Source of the DNA: Candidatus Cloacimonadota bacterium | Lineage (GTDB): Bacteria; Cloacimonadota; Cloacimonadia; Cloacimonadales; TCS61 | Length of the DNA: 64,000 nucleotides | NCBI GenBank assembly: GCA_021734835.1 | Contig: JAIPIH010000010.1 | Coordinates: 942 to 64,941 of the forward strand | Direction: 5' to 3' | Shown: piece by piece, positions 36,686 to 45,652 of the stretch | How positions within the stretch are numbered: position 1 is the stretch's first letter | Layout: every line of letters begins with the position of its first letter | The notes under the pieces: model-generated | Seen by the model: the letters and a program-made list of their open reading frames with translations, nothing else | Told to the model about the DNA's origin: nothing | Databases searched by the model: none | Made by a program: the position numbers and the translations under genes

Positions 36686-37411
36686 TTATCTCGTGTAACT
36701 ATTCAATTTCCAGGTGACTGGAAAAGGTGCCATAATGAATTTTGCCTTTATAGGTAATTTAAGATCATCGTTCGAGAACCATATCTCAAGTACTTTATCT
36801 TCATCAACCAGATTGTTTGTAAGCATATCAGATCTTTCTTTTACACCTTTTGAATAGTTATTGAATGTGATTTCTAATTTTATTGCCTGTTTTCTTCCTA
36901 ACTTTGTCGAAATAGTCTCGTATCCAACTATTTTGTAATTAACTTTCCAGATAAGTTTATTAGCATCTACCCAAAGTTCACCTCTTGGTTCATCCAGAAC
37001 AGTTCTTAAGTAAAACAATGCTGAAAAAAAGTCTCTGCTCTCTGGCATAATTGGATACAAACAATTTTGTTCAGGACCTAACTTACTGATCCTTTGGGCT
37101 TCTAATTTCTGTCTGTCATAGGTTGTTGTTCTATCCTCAAAATAGTCACCCTGATCGATTTTTTTTATATAAACCGTTGGTAGATATGCCCCTGAATAAT
37201 GGGAAATATAATTATTATTCATGTTTGCAGCAATGCTGGCAATAAAAGTAGCGCGCGCATTTACAAAGAGAGTGGAATCAATATTTGTAACATTAACATT
37301 TACTACACTTACCCCTAAATATTTGATTGAAAGGTTCAAAGTCTCTGCTGATAATACTTTAAGAATTATCAAAAAAAAAGTTAAAAAACTGATTTTTTTA
37401 AATTGAATCAT
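36686..37411 (-). CDS. Secreted DUF3108-like protein
   Basis: Signal peptide; L.L.IKYLGVSVVNV beta-rich pattern recalled from DUF3108. Family assignment is weak. Confidence 0.45.
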   Translation of the reverse strand: MIQFKKISFLTFFLIILKVLSAETLNLSIKYLGVSVVNVNVTNIDSTLFVNARATFIASIAANMNNNYISHYSGAYLPTVYIKKIDQGDYFEDRTTTYDRQKLEAQRISKLGPEQNCLYPIMPESRDFFSALFYLRTVLDEPRGELWVDANKLIWKVNYKIVGYETISTKLGRKQAIKLEITFNNYSKGVKERSDMLTNNLVDEDKVLEIWFSNDDLKLPIKAKFIMAPFPVTWKLNSYTR

Positions 37412-38666
37412 TCCCGTTTTTGAAGAATTCTAAAGTAATATATTGTATTCTACGTTCCTGAATACTTTTCACTGTCAGCTTGATTGTGCCTTTATAGATA
37501 ATACTCTCACCAACATCCGGTACTTTGTTGAATCTATCGAACACAAACTCAGCCAAATTATCATATTCTGCTTCATTAATATCAAGTTTAAATTTGTCAT
37601 TTAGATCAGCAATAGAATACATTCCATTTATTACAAAGATATTTTCTGCTCGTTTTATTATATTTGGCTGCTCTGAATCATACTCATCACAAATTTCACC
37701 AACAAGTTCTTCTAAAATATCTTCTAACGTGACCAAACCTTCTGTACCACCATACTCATCAACTATTATTGCTATCTGGACTTTGTTTTTCTTAAAATTA
37801 TTCAGTAAATTTTGGATTTTTGTATTAGCAGTAACAAAAAGTGGTGGTCTTAGTAACGCACCGATAGATTTTTTATCCGGATTTAAAATTATATCCTTAG
37901 CATAAATAATTCCAATTATATTATCAATATTAGTTTTATATACCGGAATCTTAGAATGTCCTACACTAGTTATAAGTTCCTTAATTTTTTGTAAGCCTTC
38001 CGAAGTATCAATTCCTGCAATATCTACTCTGGGTGTCATGATTTTCTTGGTGTCCGTAGAAGAAAAACGGAAGATACTTGCAATTATTTTCTTCTCATTT
38101 TCCGCCAGTGAATGTTTAGTAGTCTTGGAATGAATGATATTTTTAAAATCTTCTGAAGTAAGATCAGCCTGTTTTATTTTTTTCTTAATAGTGAAGATAG
38201 AGCTTATGAACACTAAAATTTTTAAAACCGGCCAAAAGATATATTTTGTTATTTCTAAAAAAAAACTATTTGTGCGTGAAGTTTTTTCTGGAGATGAGTA
38301 TGCCAGCAATTTAGGTGTAACTTCACCAAAGATCAATAATAATAGTGTCATTATCATTATCTCAAACATCATTAAGATTGATTTAGATAGATGAATCAAA
38401 TAAGTTTCACCTATGCTGATTGCAATAAGTGCTGCTGTGGATGAAGCAGCTACATTTACAATAGTATTTCCTAATAAAATTATTATTAAAAGTTCCCTTG
38501 GTTTGCTTAATAATCTTATGATCCTTCTAGAACTTTTGCTTTCACTATTTTCTAACTTTTTAATCTGGATCTTAGACAAAGAGAAAAATGCAGTTTCCGA
38601 GCTTGAAAAAAAAGCTGACAGTATTAAGAAACCTATTATTGATACAACTGCAAAACTAGCACTCAC
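37398..38666 (-). CDS. CNNM/CorC-family transporter (DUF21 + CBS pair + CorC_HlyC)
   Basis: N-terminal 4-TM DUF21 (FFSSSETAFFSL), CBS pair, C-terminal transporter-associated domain. Follows ybeY as in many bacteria. Confidence 0.85.
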   Translation of the reverse strand: MSASFAVVSIIGFLILSAFFSSSETAFFSLSKIQIKKLENSESKSSRRIIRLLSKPRELLIIILLGNTIVNVAASSTAALIAISIGETYLIHLSKSILMMFEIMIMTLLLLIFGEVTPKLLAYSSPEKTSRTNSFFLEITKYIFWPVLKILVFISSIFTIKKKIKQADLTSEDFKNIIHSKTTKHSLAENEKKIIASIFRFSSTDTKKIMTPRVDIAGIDTSEGLQKIKELITSVGHSKIPVYKTNIDNIIGIIYAKDIILNPDKKSIGALLRPPLFVTANTKIQNLLNNFKKNKVQIAIIVDEYGGTEGLVTLEDILEELVGEICDEYDSEQPNIIKRAENIFVINGMYSIADLNDKFKLDINEAEYDNLAEFVFDRFNKVPDVGESIIYKGTIKLTVKSIQERRIQYITLEFFKNGNDSI

Positions 38667-39127
38667 GACTTAATATCCTCTCCGGTAAATTTTTTCAAAT
38701 ACATATCTTCTTTATAACACATTAACTTTTTACCCTCTACTGATAGATGATCATAATCTAAACAATGTAGAAGCCCGTGTAGAAATAATATCTGTAATTC
38801 CTCTATCAGAGTTCTACTTTCCTTTTGCTGTCTTGCAACATAAGTGTCAATAATAATATCGCCTAAGAAATTTACTCCTGGTATGTCCGCTGTAAAAGAG
38901 ATCACGTCGGTAATTTCATCCCTGGCGAGATATTTTTTGTTTAATTTTTTAATAGAACCATCTTCCGAAAGTGTAAGGTTAACAAAGCTGTCTGGATGTA
39001 AAGATTCACCATGAATTACAATTTCAAAAATTCGCAAAAAATGATCTATTCGAACCTTTTCCTGTGTATTGTTATTAAAAAGAATGGATTTAGTTTTCCG
39101 GATATTCAAGACGCTTCCTATACACAC
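38663..39127 (-). CDS. ybeY: rRNA maturation endoribonuclease YbeY
   Basis: Zinc motif HGLLHCLDYDH. Confidence 0.9.
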   Translation of the reverse strand: MCIGSVLNIRKTKSILFNNNTQEKVRIDHFLRIFEIVIHGESLHPDSFVNLTLSEDGSIKKLNKKYLARDEITDVISFTADIPGVNFLGDIIIDTYVARQQKESRTLIEELQILFLHGLLHCLDYDHLSVEGKKLMCYKEDMYLKKFTGEDIKS

Positions 39128-41180
39128 CCATCAAAATCGGTAACATATATACTTTGATGGTATCAAGTTCTTTAATAGTCAGTGGTGATTGGTCCAGTTG
39201 CCCTTCATTAATCAGGTTTTTAATAGTATTATCGAGTACTTCTTTTATCTTATCTTCCGAGAAATCGTCTAATGATTTTGTGGTTGATTCAACAATATCA
39301 GCTATCATAACAATAGATGCTTCTTTAGTGAGTGGTTTTGGTCCACTATACATAAATTGATCAATATCAAATTCCAGATTAGTCTCAAGTGCTTTGTTAT
39401 AAAAATATTTAATCTGCCCGGTTCCGTGATGCTGTTGAATGATCTCGATCACTGCTTTAGGTAAATTATGCTTTCTGGCTAATACCAAGCCGTCATTAAT
39501 ATGGTTTCTAATAAGATGAGCACTTTCATTTGCCATCATTTTATCATGCAGTTTAGTTGACAGGGGATTATTTTCTATGAAAAATTGGGGATTCTCAAGT
39601 TTACCTATATCGTGATAATAACTAGCCACTCTGGCCAGAAGATGATTTGCGCTTACAGCCTCCGAAGCACTTTCCGCAAGATTACCAACGATCAAAGAAT
39701 GATGATAAGTTCCGGGTGCGGATAAGGCCAGTTTTTTCAAAAGTTCATTATCAAAATCAAGCAGTTCTAAAAGTATTTGTTTTGTAGCAAGATTTAATTT
39801 TCTCTCAACAATAGGTGTTATTAAGACCAGACCCACAACAGAGGTTGTACAGGAAATAATTCCCCAAAGAAGATGCCATAAATAAATATTAAAGCTTTCA
39901 AATTTTATCAATGCGACAGCTGTATTTACCACAAAAAAAGATAACAATAGATACAAAGTGATTGGATAAAATTCTTGCTTTTTTTTCATATAAGTTAAAG
40001 CAATAATCCCGCCAAATGTAGTTAAACAAAGTATTAACGGATTAGTTAAACTCCAATTTAGAAACAGTGAGACAAAAATAAGATTGATCGAATTAAAGAT
40101 AATACCTACATGCGGATTAAAGATAAGTGCGATGAGCATTACAGAAAAACTAAATGGTATGATCAATGATGGGATTTTTAGGATATTATTGATAAAGATC
40201 GTTAATACTATTGAGACTAATATACTACCTAAAATAATAATTGTTCTGGGTAATGTTGAGAAGTTGTTAGGAAAAAAAAGCAGCAGTATATAATCGAAAA
40301 GAAATAGTATTAACACAGAAAGCAAAAAGATTCCCAGTGAAGAAAGGATCATTTGAAAGCTGTTTCTTGTTGGTTGATGCTCATGTTGAGCTCTGACAAG
40401 AGATTCTAATTTTAAAAGTTCAATCGATGTTATTTTCTGATTTTTACCTATAATTCTTTCATTTTTTTGAACTTTGCCTAATGTTAAGGGGATCTTTTCT
40501 TTAGCTCTTCCCATTTCAACATCAGTCATTTCCTGATCTATTATAATATTCTCGATCAAGACGATATCCGCCAATTCTCTTATTAAATTCTTTTCACCTT
40601 GAACAGAATGCCAACTGACTAATTTGTTTTTAGCTTCTTCCAGAGAATACAATCTATCAAGTCCGTAGCTTATTACTCTGTTTGGTTTAGAAATTTTTAT
40701 TTCCTGATATTGATAATTATCCGGATAAATGCCTACTGTAAAAATTTTCGTAATATTCTCACTCAGGAAATTATAGAGCCTGCTGCGTCGCTGATTATCC
40801 ATCAATAATCTGATGTTATCATTTGATAGATTGTAACCATTTTGCCTTAACTTTCTATTTATTGTCTGGATGTTTGATACGTCTTGTAAAACAAAGTGTT
40901 GAAAAACAAAATCAAGGTTTTTTTGAGCATTGAATTTAAGATTTTCAGACACCTTATAAATAGGTTGAACTTTGGCAGCAGCTGTTGTTTGTTCTGCTTC
41001 TAAAGTTTCAGAAGATTTATACACGTAAAAATCAAAGGGGGCATTGATGTCTTTTTCAGCTATTTCCCCTAATTTTAGAGTATAAATATGCGAAACAACA
41101 CGATAAGGATTAAAGAAAGAATGCAGCAGTGCAATCGCCGCTGAAGCTAAAAGGATTAGATGAATTTTAGTAAGTTTCAA
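39090..41180 (-). CDS. pgpH: 7TM-receptor HD phosphohydrolase (PgpH-type, putative c-di-AMP phosphodiesterase)
   Basis: Extracellular N-domain, 7 TM helices, C-terminal HD domain (HHSLIVGNLAE, YHDIGKL, QQHHGT). Upstream of ybeY. Confidence 0.8.
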   Translation of the reverse strand: MKLTKIHLILLASAAIALLHSFFNPYRVVSHIYTLKLGEIAEKDINAPFDFYVYKSSETLEAEQTTAAAKVQPIYKVSENLKFNAQKNLDFVFQHFVLQDVSNIQTINRKLRQNGYNLSNDNIRLLMDNQRRSRLYNFLSENITKIFTVGIYPDNYQYQEIKISKPNRVISYGLDRLYSLEEAKNKLVSWHSVQGEKNLIRELADIVLIENIIIDQEMTDVEMGRAKEKIPLTLGKVQKNERIIGKNQKITSIELLKLESLVRAQHEHQPTRNSFQMILSSLGIFLLSVLILFLFDYILLLFFPNNFSTLPRTIIILGSILVSIVLTIFINNILKIPSLIIPFSFSVMLIALIFNPHVGIIFNSINLIFVSLFLNWSLTNPLILCLTTFGGIIALTYMKKKQEFYPITLYLLLSFFVVNTAVALIKFESFNIYLWHLLWGIISCTTSVVGLVLITPIVERKLNLATKQILLELLDFDNELLKKLALSAPGTYHHSLIVGNLAESASEAVSANHLLARVASYYHDIGKLENPQFFIENNPLSTKLHDKMMANESAHLIRNHINDGLVLARKHNLPKAVIEIIQQHHGTGQIKYFYNKALETNLEFDIDQFMYSGPKPLTKEASIVMIADIVESTTKSLDDFSEDKIKEVLDNTIKNLINEGQLDQSPLTIKELDTIKVYMLPILMGVYRKRLEYPEN

Positions 41181-41190
41181 TTGTTATATT

Positions 41191-41220
41191 AAAAAGAAGC
41201 CTCCCATAAAGAGAGGCTTC
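41191..41220 (-). terminator. Rho-independent terminator after the LysM gene
   Basis: Minus strand: GAAGCCUC-ucuuuaugg-GAGGCUUC followed by UUUUU, 16 nt after the stop at 41236. Confidence 0.7.
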
Positions 41221-41235
41221 CGGTTGTTTTAAAGA

Positions 41236-42123
41236 TTAGTCTCTTGGAATTTCAAAGATCTGATTAGGATAAATTAGATCCGGGTCTTTGATCTTGTCTT
41301 TGTTAGCTCTATAGATCAAAGGCCATTTTGCAGCATTATTGTAAACTTCTTGATAACCTGCAATTCTCCATAAACATTCGCCTTTGTAAACTTTCCATTC
41401 ATATGGAAGGCCACGCGGTATTTTAATAACCTGATCTGGATATATCAAGTTAGGATCTTTGATCTGGTCTCTATTAGCTCGATATATCACTGGCCATTTA
41501 GACATATCACCGTAAATGAAGCTATATTGAGCAATCTTAGAAAGCCAATCGCCTTTAACTATCTTATAATCATCTTCATAATATTTGGGTTTAGCAGATG
41601 CTAAGTTTGCTTCCAAATTAGCGATTTTATTATCGAGATCAGAGAAATCTTTTCTGAAATCAGGTACTTTCCCAAACTTGGAACCTCGGTAATCATTATA
41701 TTCCACAACTAATGCACGAACAGATTTTTTTGCTTTCCAAAGTTCCTTATCAGTTAAATTATTCCAGTTGGCAATTTCACTGTTGAAGAATTTGATCTTA
41801 TTCATAATTGCTGCGAAATCAGCTTTTGTAACTCCTAAAAAGGCCAGGATCCCTCCATGAATTTTATCATACTCTGTTTTGGAAGTTTTCAATAAAGCAT
41901 TAACTTCTTTTATGCGGGCAGAATATCTTTCCTGGTTTGCAATTGCATCAGCTTTTCTTTGCTGCAATTCAGCAAGATCAGTTTCAAGATTTTCCCAATA
42001 AGCTACTCTTTCCTTTTTCTTGAGAGCTTTATACTCTTTTTCAGATAAATAAGTAACTCTGGCTTGGGTTAACACGGGTAATACTAACAATGCGATCAAT
42101 GATATAAGTATAATTCTTTTCAT
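41236..42123 (-). CDS. Secreted coiled-coil protein with two C-terminal LysM-like repeats
   Basis: Signal peptide and a long heptad-rich region. Two repeats follow: Y.(I/V).KG(D/E).L..IA.Y...Y....KWP(V/L)IYRAN(R/K)D.IKDP(N/D)LIYP.Q...IP. Confidence 0.7.
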   Translation of the reverse strand: MKRIILISLIALLVLPVLTQARVTYLSEKEYKALKKKERVAYWENLETDLAELQQRKADAIANQERYSARIKEVNALLKTSKTEYDKIHGGILAFLGVTKADFAAIMNKIKFFNSEIANWNNLTDKELWKAKKSVRALVVEYNDYRGSKFGKVPDFRKDFSDLDNKIANLEANLASAKPKYYEDDYKIVKGDWLSKIAQYSFIYGDMSKWPVIYRANRDQIKDPNLIYPDQVIKIPRGLPYEWKVYKGECLWRIAGYQEVYNNAAKWPLIYRANKDKIKDPDLIYPNQIFEIPRD

Positions 42124-42132
42124 AGTTTACTC

Positions 42133-42381
42133 CTATTTCCCTGTTTCCAGTACTTTTTGATATTCTTTTAAGCTCTTAAGTTCTGCTTCCTGCTTTGCTA
42201 ATTGAGCTTCTAAAGATTTCATTTCCCCATTCAAAGTTTCTGCTTTTTTCTCTTCTTGAATCGCTTCATCCTCTGCTGTGTTTAATTGAGACTTTGTCAC
42301 CGGTGGTGGTGGTGGAGCACAAGCAGAAAGAAGAATTGAAAGTACGACGATAAGTAAAATAACTTTAATTACATTTTTCAT
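42133..42381 (-). CDS. Small coiled-coil lipoprotein, Braun-lipoprotein-like (analogy only)
   Basis: Lipobox LLSAC (Cys21). The mature protein of about 62 aa has a PPPPP linker, a heptad-like helix and a C-terminal Lys (…LETGK). GGGAGAG SD. Confidence 0.65.
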   Translation of the reverse strand: MKNVIKVILLIVVLSILLSACAPPPPPVTKSQLNTAEDEAIQEEKKAETLNGEMKSLEAQLAKQEAELKSLKEYQKVLETGK

Positions 42382-42585
42382 ATTCTCTCCCTTTCAAAAT
42401 ATTTTAAAATTTCACAATACACTTAATTATATTCAATCAAAAACTTGTCAAGTATAAAGCTATTTGTGGGATATAACTTTTTTTATTTAAAATTTTTTTA
42501 ATAAATTCATATACTGTGATATTGATTTTAGAAAGGCAAATTAAATTTTGTGCGTTTACAAGCAACATTAAGACTGATTTTTCAA

Positions 42586-42614
42586 TTGACATATCAAAAA
42601 GTAGTTAATATTAT
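42586..42614 (+). promoter_or_regulatory. Near-consensus sigma70 promoter
   Basis: TTGACA (42586-42591), 17-nt spacer, TATTAT (42609-42614), 30 nt upstream of the ATG at 42644. Confidence 0.6.
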
Positions 42615-42643
42615 TTGTTCAGATAAATTAAAGAGGAGAAATT

Positions 42644-42811
42644 ATGAGTAAAAAAGAGCGTTATACTGTTAAAACAGGGAAAGGGAAGATCATCAAATTG
42701 ACTAATGACTTAGACGAAGCCCTAAAACTAAAGGAAGAATACAAACATGAAGGAGCGTATATTGAGGATAAGAAAAGCCCTAAAAAACACCGAACTACGT
42801 TTTTTCATTAG
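42644..42811 (+). CDS. Unlisted small basic protein (55 aa): MSKKERYTVKTGKGKIIKLTNDLDEALKLKEEYKHEGAYIEDKKSPKKHRTTFFH
   Basis: Below the ORF-track length cut-off. AAGAGGAG SD lies 5-6 nt before the ATG, with a near-consensus promoter just upstream. No terminator before the next gene. Confidence 0.5.
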   Translation: MSKKERYTVKTGKGKIIKLTNDLDEALKLKEEYKHEGAYIEDKKSPKKHRTTFFH

Positions 42812-42857
42812 AACGATCAATTTTGTAAATTCTGTAAGATAAGAACAAAACACATAA

Positions 42858-43247
42858 ATGAGAAAACGCAACCAATTCTTGATATTAATCATCATTTTGC
42901 TTGTAATAATGGGGTTTACTAGTAAATTTTATCAAGGTTCTTCTGCCAAATGGCTCAATAACTCATTTGTAGGTTTATTATATGTAACTTGTTGGTGTCT
43001 GGTAATTTCTTTAATCGCACCAAAAGTAAAATCCCTTATTATCGCTATTGGTGTTCTACTTGGCACCTGTATATTGGAAATTTTTCAGCTTTGGCATCCT
43101 CTTTTCCTGGAATATATCAGAAGCTCCTTTCTGGGAAGGACACTGATCGGAACAACATTCGTCTCATCGGACTTTGCATATTATATAGTTGGAGCAGGAT
43201 TTGGCTGGTTGATCTTAAAGAAAATTGATTCTATTACAGATTCCTGA
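42858..43247 (+). CDS. DUF2809-like (VanZ-related) membrane protein
   Basis: 129 aa, 4 TM. C-terminal LGRT...SSDFAYYIVGAG pattern recalled from DUF2809. Confidence 0.5.
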   Translation: MRKRNQFLILIIILLVIMGFTSKFYQGSSAKWLNNSFVGLLYVTCWCLVISLIAPKVKSLIIAIGVLLGTCILEIFQLWHPLFLEYIRSSFLGRTLIGTTFVSSDFAYYIVGAGFGWLILKKIDSITDS

Positions 43248-43881
43248 CAGACATTACAGCAATACCGATCAGAAGTGCATCTCGCAATGTATATCTATCC
43301 AGAAGGATCGGTTCGTAATTCTTATTATACGGCTGTAATAATATTTCTTTACCTTCGGCAAAAGATTTTACTTTTTTCAAAGTGATCTCACCTTCTACTC
43401 TGACAACACATATTCGTTCATCAGCTGCAACCCAATTATCACATTGCTTCACGATCACAACATCGCTATTCGAGATATAGGGCTCCATACTATCTCCACT
43501 GGCGTAAAAAGCAAAATAGGAATTAAAATCACCAGTTAAAGAATTTGTATCCATCATTATATGGTCTATTGGTTCGGCTGCATCAATTTCCTGAGGAGAA
43601 CCACAACTGACATTTGCAATTATGGGAAGATGGAAGTATTCGTGATTGCCTATCGTTTCAATGTTGCGAATTGGGAACATCGGCCCTTCTCCTGTTATCA
43701 ACCAGGTAATATTAATATTGAAGGTTGTAGCTAATTTATTTAAAAATTCATAACTGGGATTTGTCTTCCCTTTTACATATCTGTTTATCACAACATTGGA
43801 AACTCCGATCTTTTCTGCCATACCTACTTGGGTAAGTTCTAATTTTTTTAATACTTCCTTCATTCTATTTCCAAATGGCAT
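43234..43881 (-). CDS. XRE-family HTH + S24 peptidase repressor (LexA/CI-like)
   Basis: N-terminal HTH_XRE (LTQVGMAEKIGVSNVVINRYVKGKTNP). Possible cleavage site SC/GSP (compare the UmuD Cys-Gly site). Catalytic Ser in GDSMEP and Lys in ITLKKV. Confidence 0.8.
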   Translation of the reverse strand: MPFGNRMKEVLKKLELTQVGMAEKIGVSNVVINRYVKGKTNPSYEFLNKLATTFNINITWLITGEGPMFPIRNIETIGNHEYFHLPIIANVSCGSPQEIDAAEPIDHIMMDTNSLTGDFNSYFAFYASGDSMEPYISNSDVVIVKQCDNWVAADERICVVRVEGEITLKKVKSFAEGKEILLQPYNKNYEPILLDRYTLRDALLIGIAVMSVRNL

Positions 43882-43897
43882 ATTATCCTCCTAAATA

Positions 43898-43913
43898 ATT
43901 AACTACATAGTTA
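43898..43913. promoter_or_regulatory. Perfect 16-bp palindrome TTAACTA-CA-TAGTTAA; candidate operator of the S24 repressor
   Basis: 7-bp arms with a 2-bp spacer. It lies between a TTGACG hexamer (minus strand, about 43940-43935) and the AGGAGG SD of the repressor gene. Confidence 0.4.
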
Positions 43914-43983
43914 AAAAATCTTATTGCAGATTAACCGTCAAGTTAAAAAATGTAAGGAATTGATTGTAAGAAAGATAAATTAT

Positions 43984-45036
43984 TTACCCGATTGTAATTT
44001 GAGACTTGGCAGATTCTCCAACTTCACCAATGATCACAGCCCACTCGATCCCTGTAGATCTAAGACGATCAAGCAACTTTACAGCTTTCTCTTGAGAAAC
44101 CGAAATCAGCAGTCCACCTGATGTTTGAGCATCATACATCAGCAGTTTCTTATGATCAGGGATTTTATGATGTAAAATTTTCACTTTTGGTTCATAGAAT
44201 TGTTGATTACGATATGAACCTCCGGGGAAAAATCCCTTTTCAGCCAGATCAAAAACTTCTTCGATAAACGGAATAGAATTATAATCGAGCTGAATAGAAG
44301 TATTTGAATTGATCATTTCACTGAGATGTCCTAACAAGCCGAATCCGGTAACATCGGTCATAGCATTCACACCTACAGAGACAGCAATTTCAGAGGCAGT
44401 TCTGTTTAAATATTTCATGTGGAATACAGCCTTATCAATAGCACTTTTAGGAGCTTGATCAGCTTTGATAGATGTTGAAATAACACCCATACCCAGCGGT
44501 TTTGTCAGTATTATTTTATCACCGGGTTTGGTCGAATTATTTCTGATTATCTTTTTGGGATGTATAGTACCCGTAACCGAAAGCCCGTATTTCATTTCAA
44601 TATCTTCGATCGTATGGCCTCCCAAGATAACACCATCTGCTTCCTTAACTTTGCTGATACCACCTCGGATAATTTCACTCAGAACTTCTTTTGTAATATT
44701 GCAGTTGTCATAAGTAACTAAATTCAAAGCAGTTATAACTTTTCCGCCCATTGCATAAATATCACTCAGGCTATTCGCAGCAGCTATTTGACCGTAAAGA
44801 TAGGGATCGTTAACAACAGGAGTAATAAAATCAACTGTTTGTACTAAAGCCAGATCTTCTGAAAGTTGATAAACACCGGCATCATCTTTATCATATCTGT
44901 CTATCAGAATCTGATCAGATTTTGGGAATACCAGTCTATTGAGGATTTGATCTAAGTCCGCCGGACCTACTTTACCAGCTCAGCCGGCAGCTTTAACAAA
45001 TTTTGTTAATTTATAAATATCTTCTCTTTTATTCAT
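43984..45036 (-). CDS. selD: Selenide, water dikinase SelD, selenocysteine-containing (in-frame UGA)
   Basis: - The track ORF 43984..44751 is only the C-terminal 255 aa.
- The frame continues upstream through one TGA (plus-strand TCA at 44980-44982, codon 19) to ATG 45036-45034, with a GGAG SD.
- The N-terminus reads MNKREDIYKLTKFVKAAG-U-AGKVGPADL...DDAGVY...VDFITPVVNDPY. This matches the SelD Cys/Sec active-site loop. Confidence 0.8.
44953..44969 (-). other. Candidate bacterial SECIS hairpin
   Basis: The mRNA reads UAGGUCC-GGC-GGACUUA: a 7-bp stem including one G-U pair. It starts 10 nt after the UGA, so the apical loop is about 17-20 nt downstream. Confidence 0.4.
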
Positions 45037-45162
45037 TAACTATCTCCAGAATTAATTAAAAAAGCAAGAGATGAAGATTTAGTGTCAAGTTGAATTTATT
45101 TTGAAGAGTAAACAAACAAAATAATATGTAGATGAGTGTCAGATATTTCATTTAATTTTAAG

Positions 45163-45633
45163 CTAAAGTTTAGGGATTTTATAGGGAAGCGCCGAATGGT
45201 GCAGATCGATCTTCAACTCACCTTCAGCATCCTTAAAATATCCAAAAGTGTATTCAACTTTTATCACGTTATCATTCAAATCAGTGAAGAAATAATTACC
45301 CATGCTCAAAGCACGGTTATTTTCCAGGATAAAACCAGCATTCTCAAAACGTACTTTTTTCCAAGGAGTAAGGGCAAAACCACGATCTTCAGGAAACTTA
45401 TTATCATTACCTATAAAATAAGATATTGCTCCTCTTCTGGTTAAGCGGAATTGTATCTTTTCGGCTTTTGTCGGGCAAAACAGAACTGTACCTTTTCCAT
45501 ATCCGTACAATTTATCTATCATTTGTTCTGTTGTTTTTTTACATTTAATAACATCATTTTTACATGAGCCAATTTTTACCAAATAATTTCCCCATTTTTC
45601 CTGAGCATTAATAATTTCTAACTTTGTGATCAT
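45163..45633 (-). CDS. NTF2-like (SnoaL/DUF4440-like) protein of unknown function
   Basis: 156 aa. ...AQEKWGNYLVKIG...LYGYGKGTVLFCPT...RFENAGFIL...VEYTFGYFKD...LHHSALPY is a pattern recalled from a conserved NTF2-fold family. No catalytic assignment. Confidence 0.45.
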   Translation of the reverse strand: MITKLEIINAQEKWGNYLVKIGSCKNDVIKCKKTTEQMIDKLYGYGKGTVLFCPTKAEKIQFRLTRRGAISYFIGNDNKFPEDRGFALTPWKKVRFENAGFILENNRALSMGNYFFTDLNDNVIKVEYTFGYFKDAEGELKIDLHHSALPYKIPKL

Positions 45634-45652
45634 TTAACTTCTCCCATCCTTA

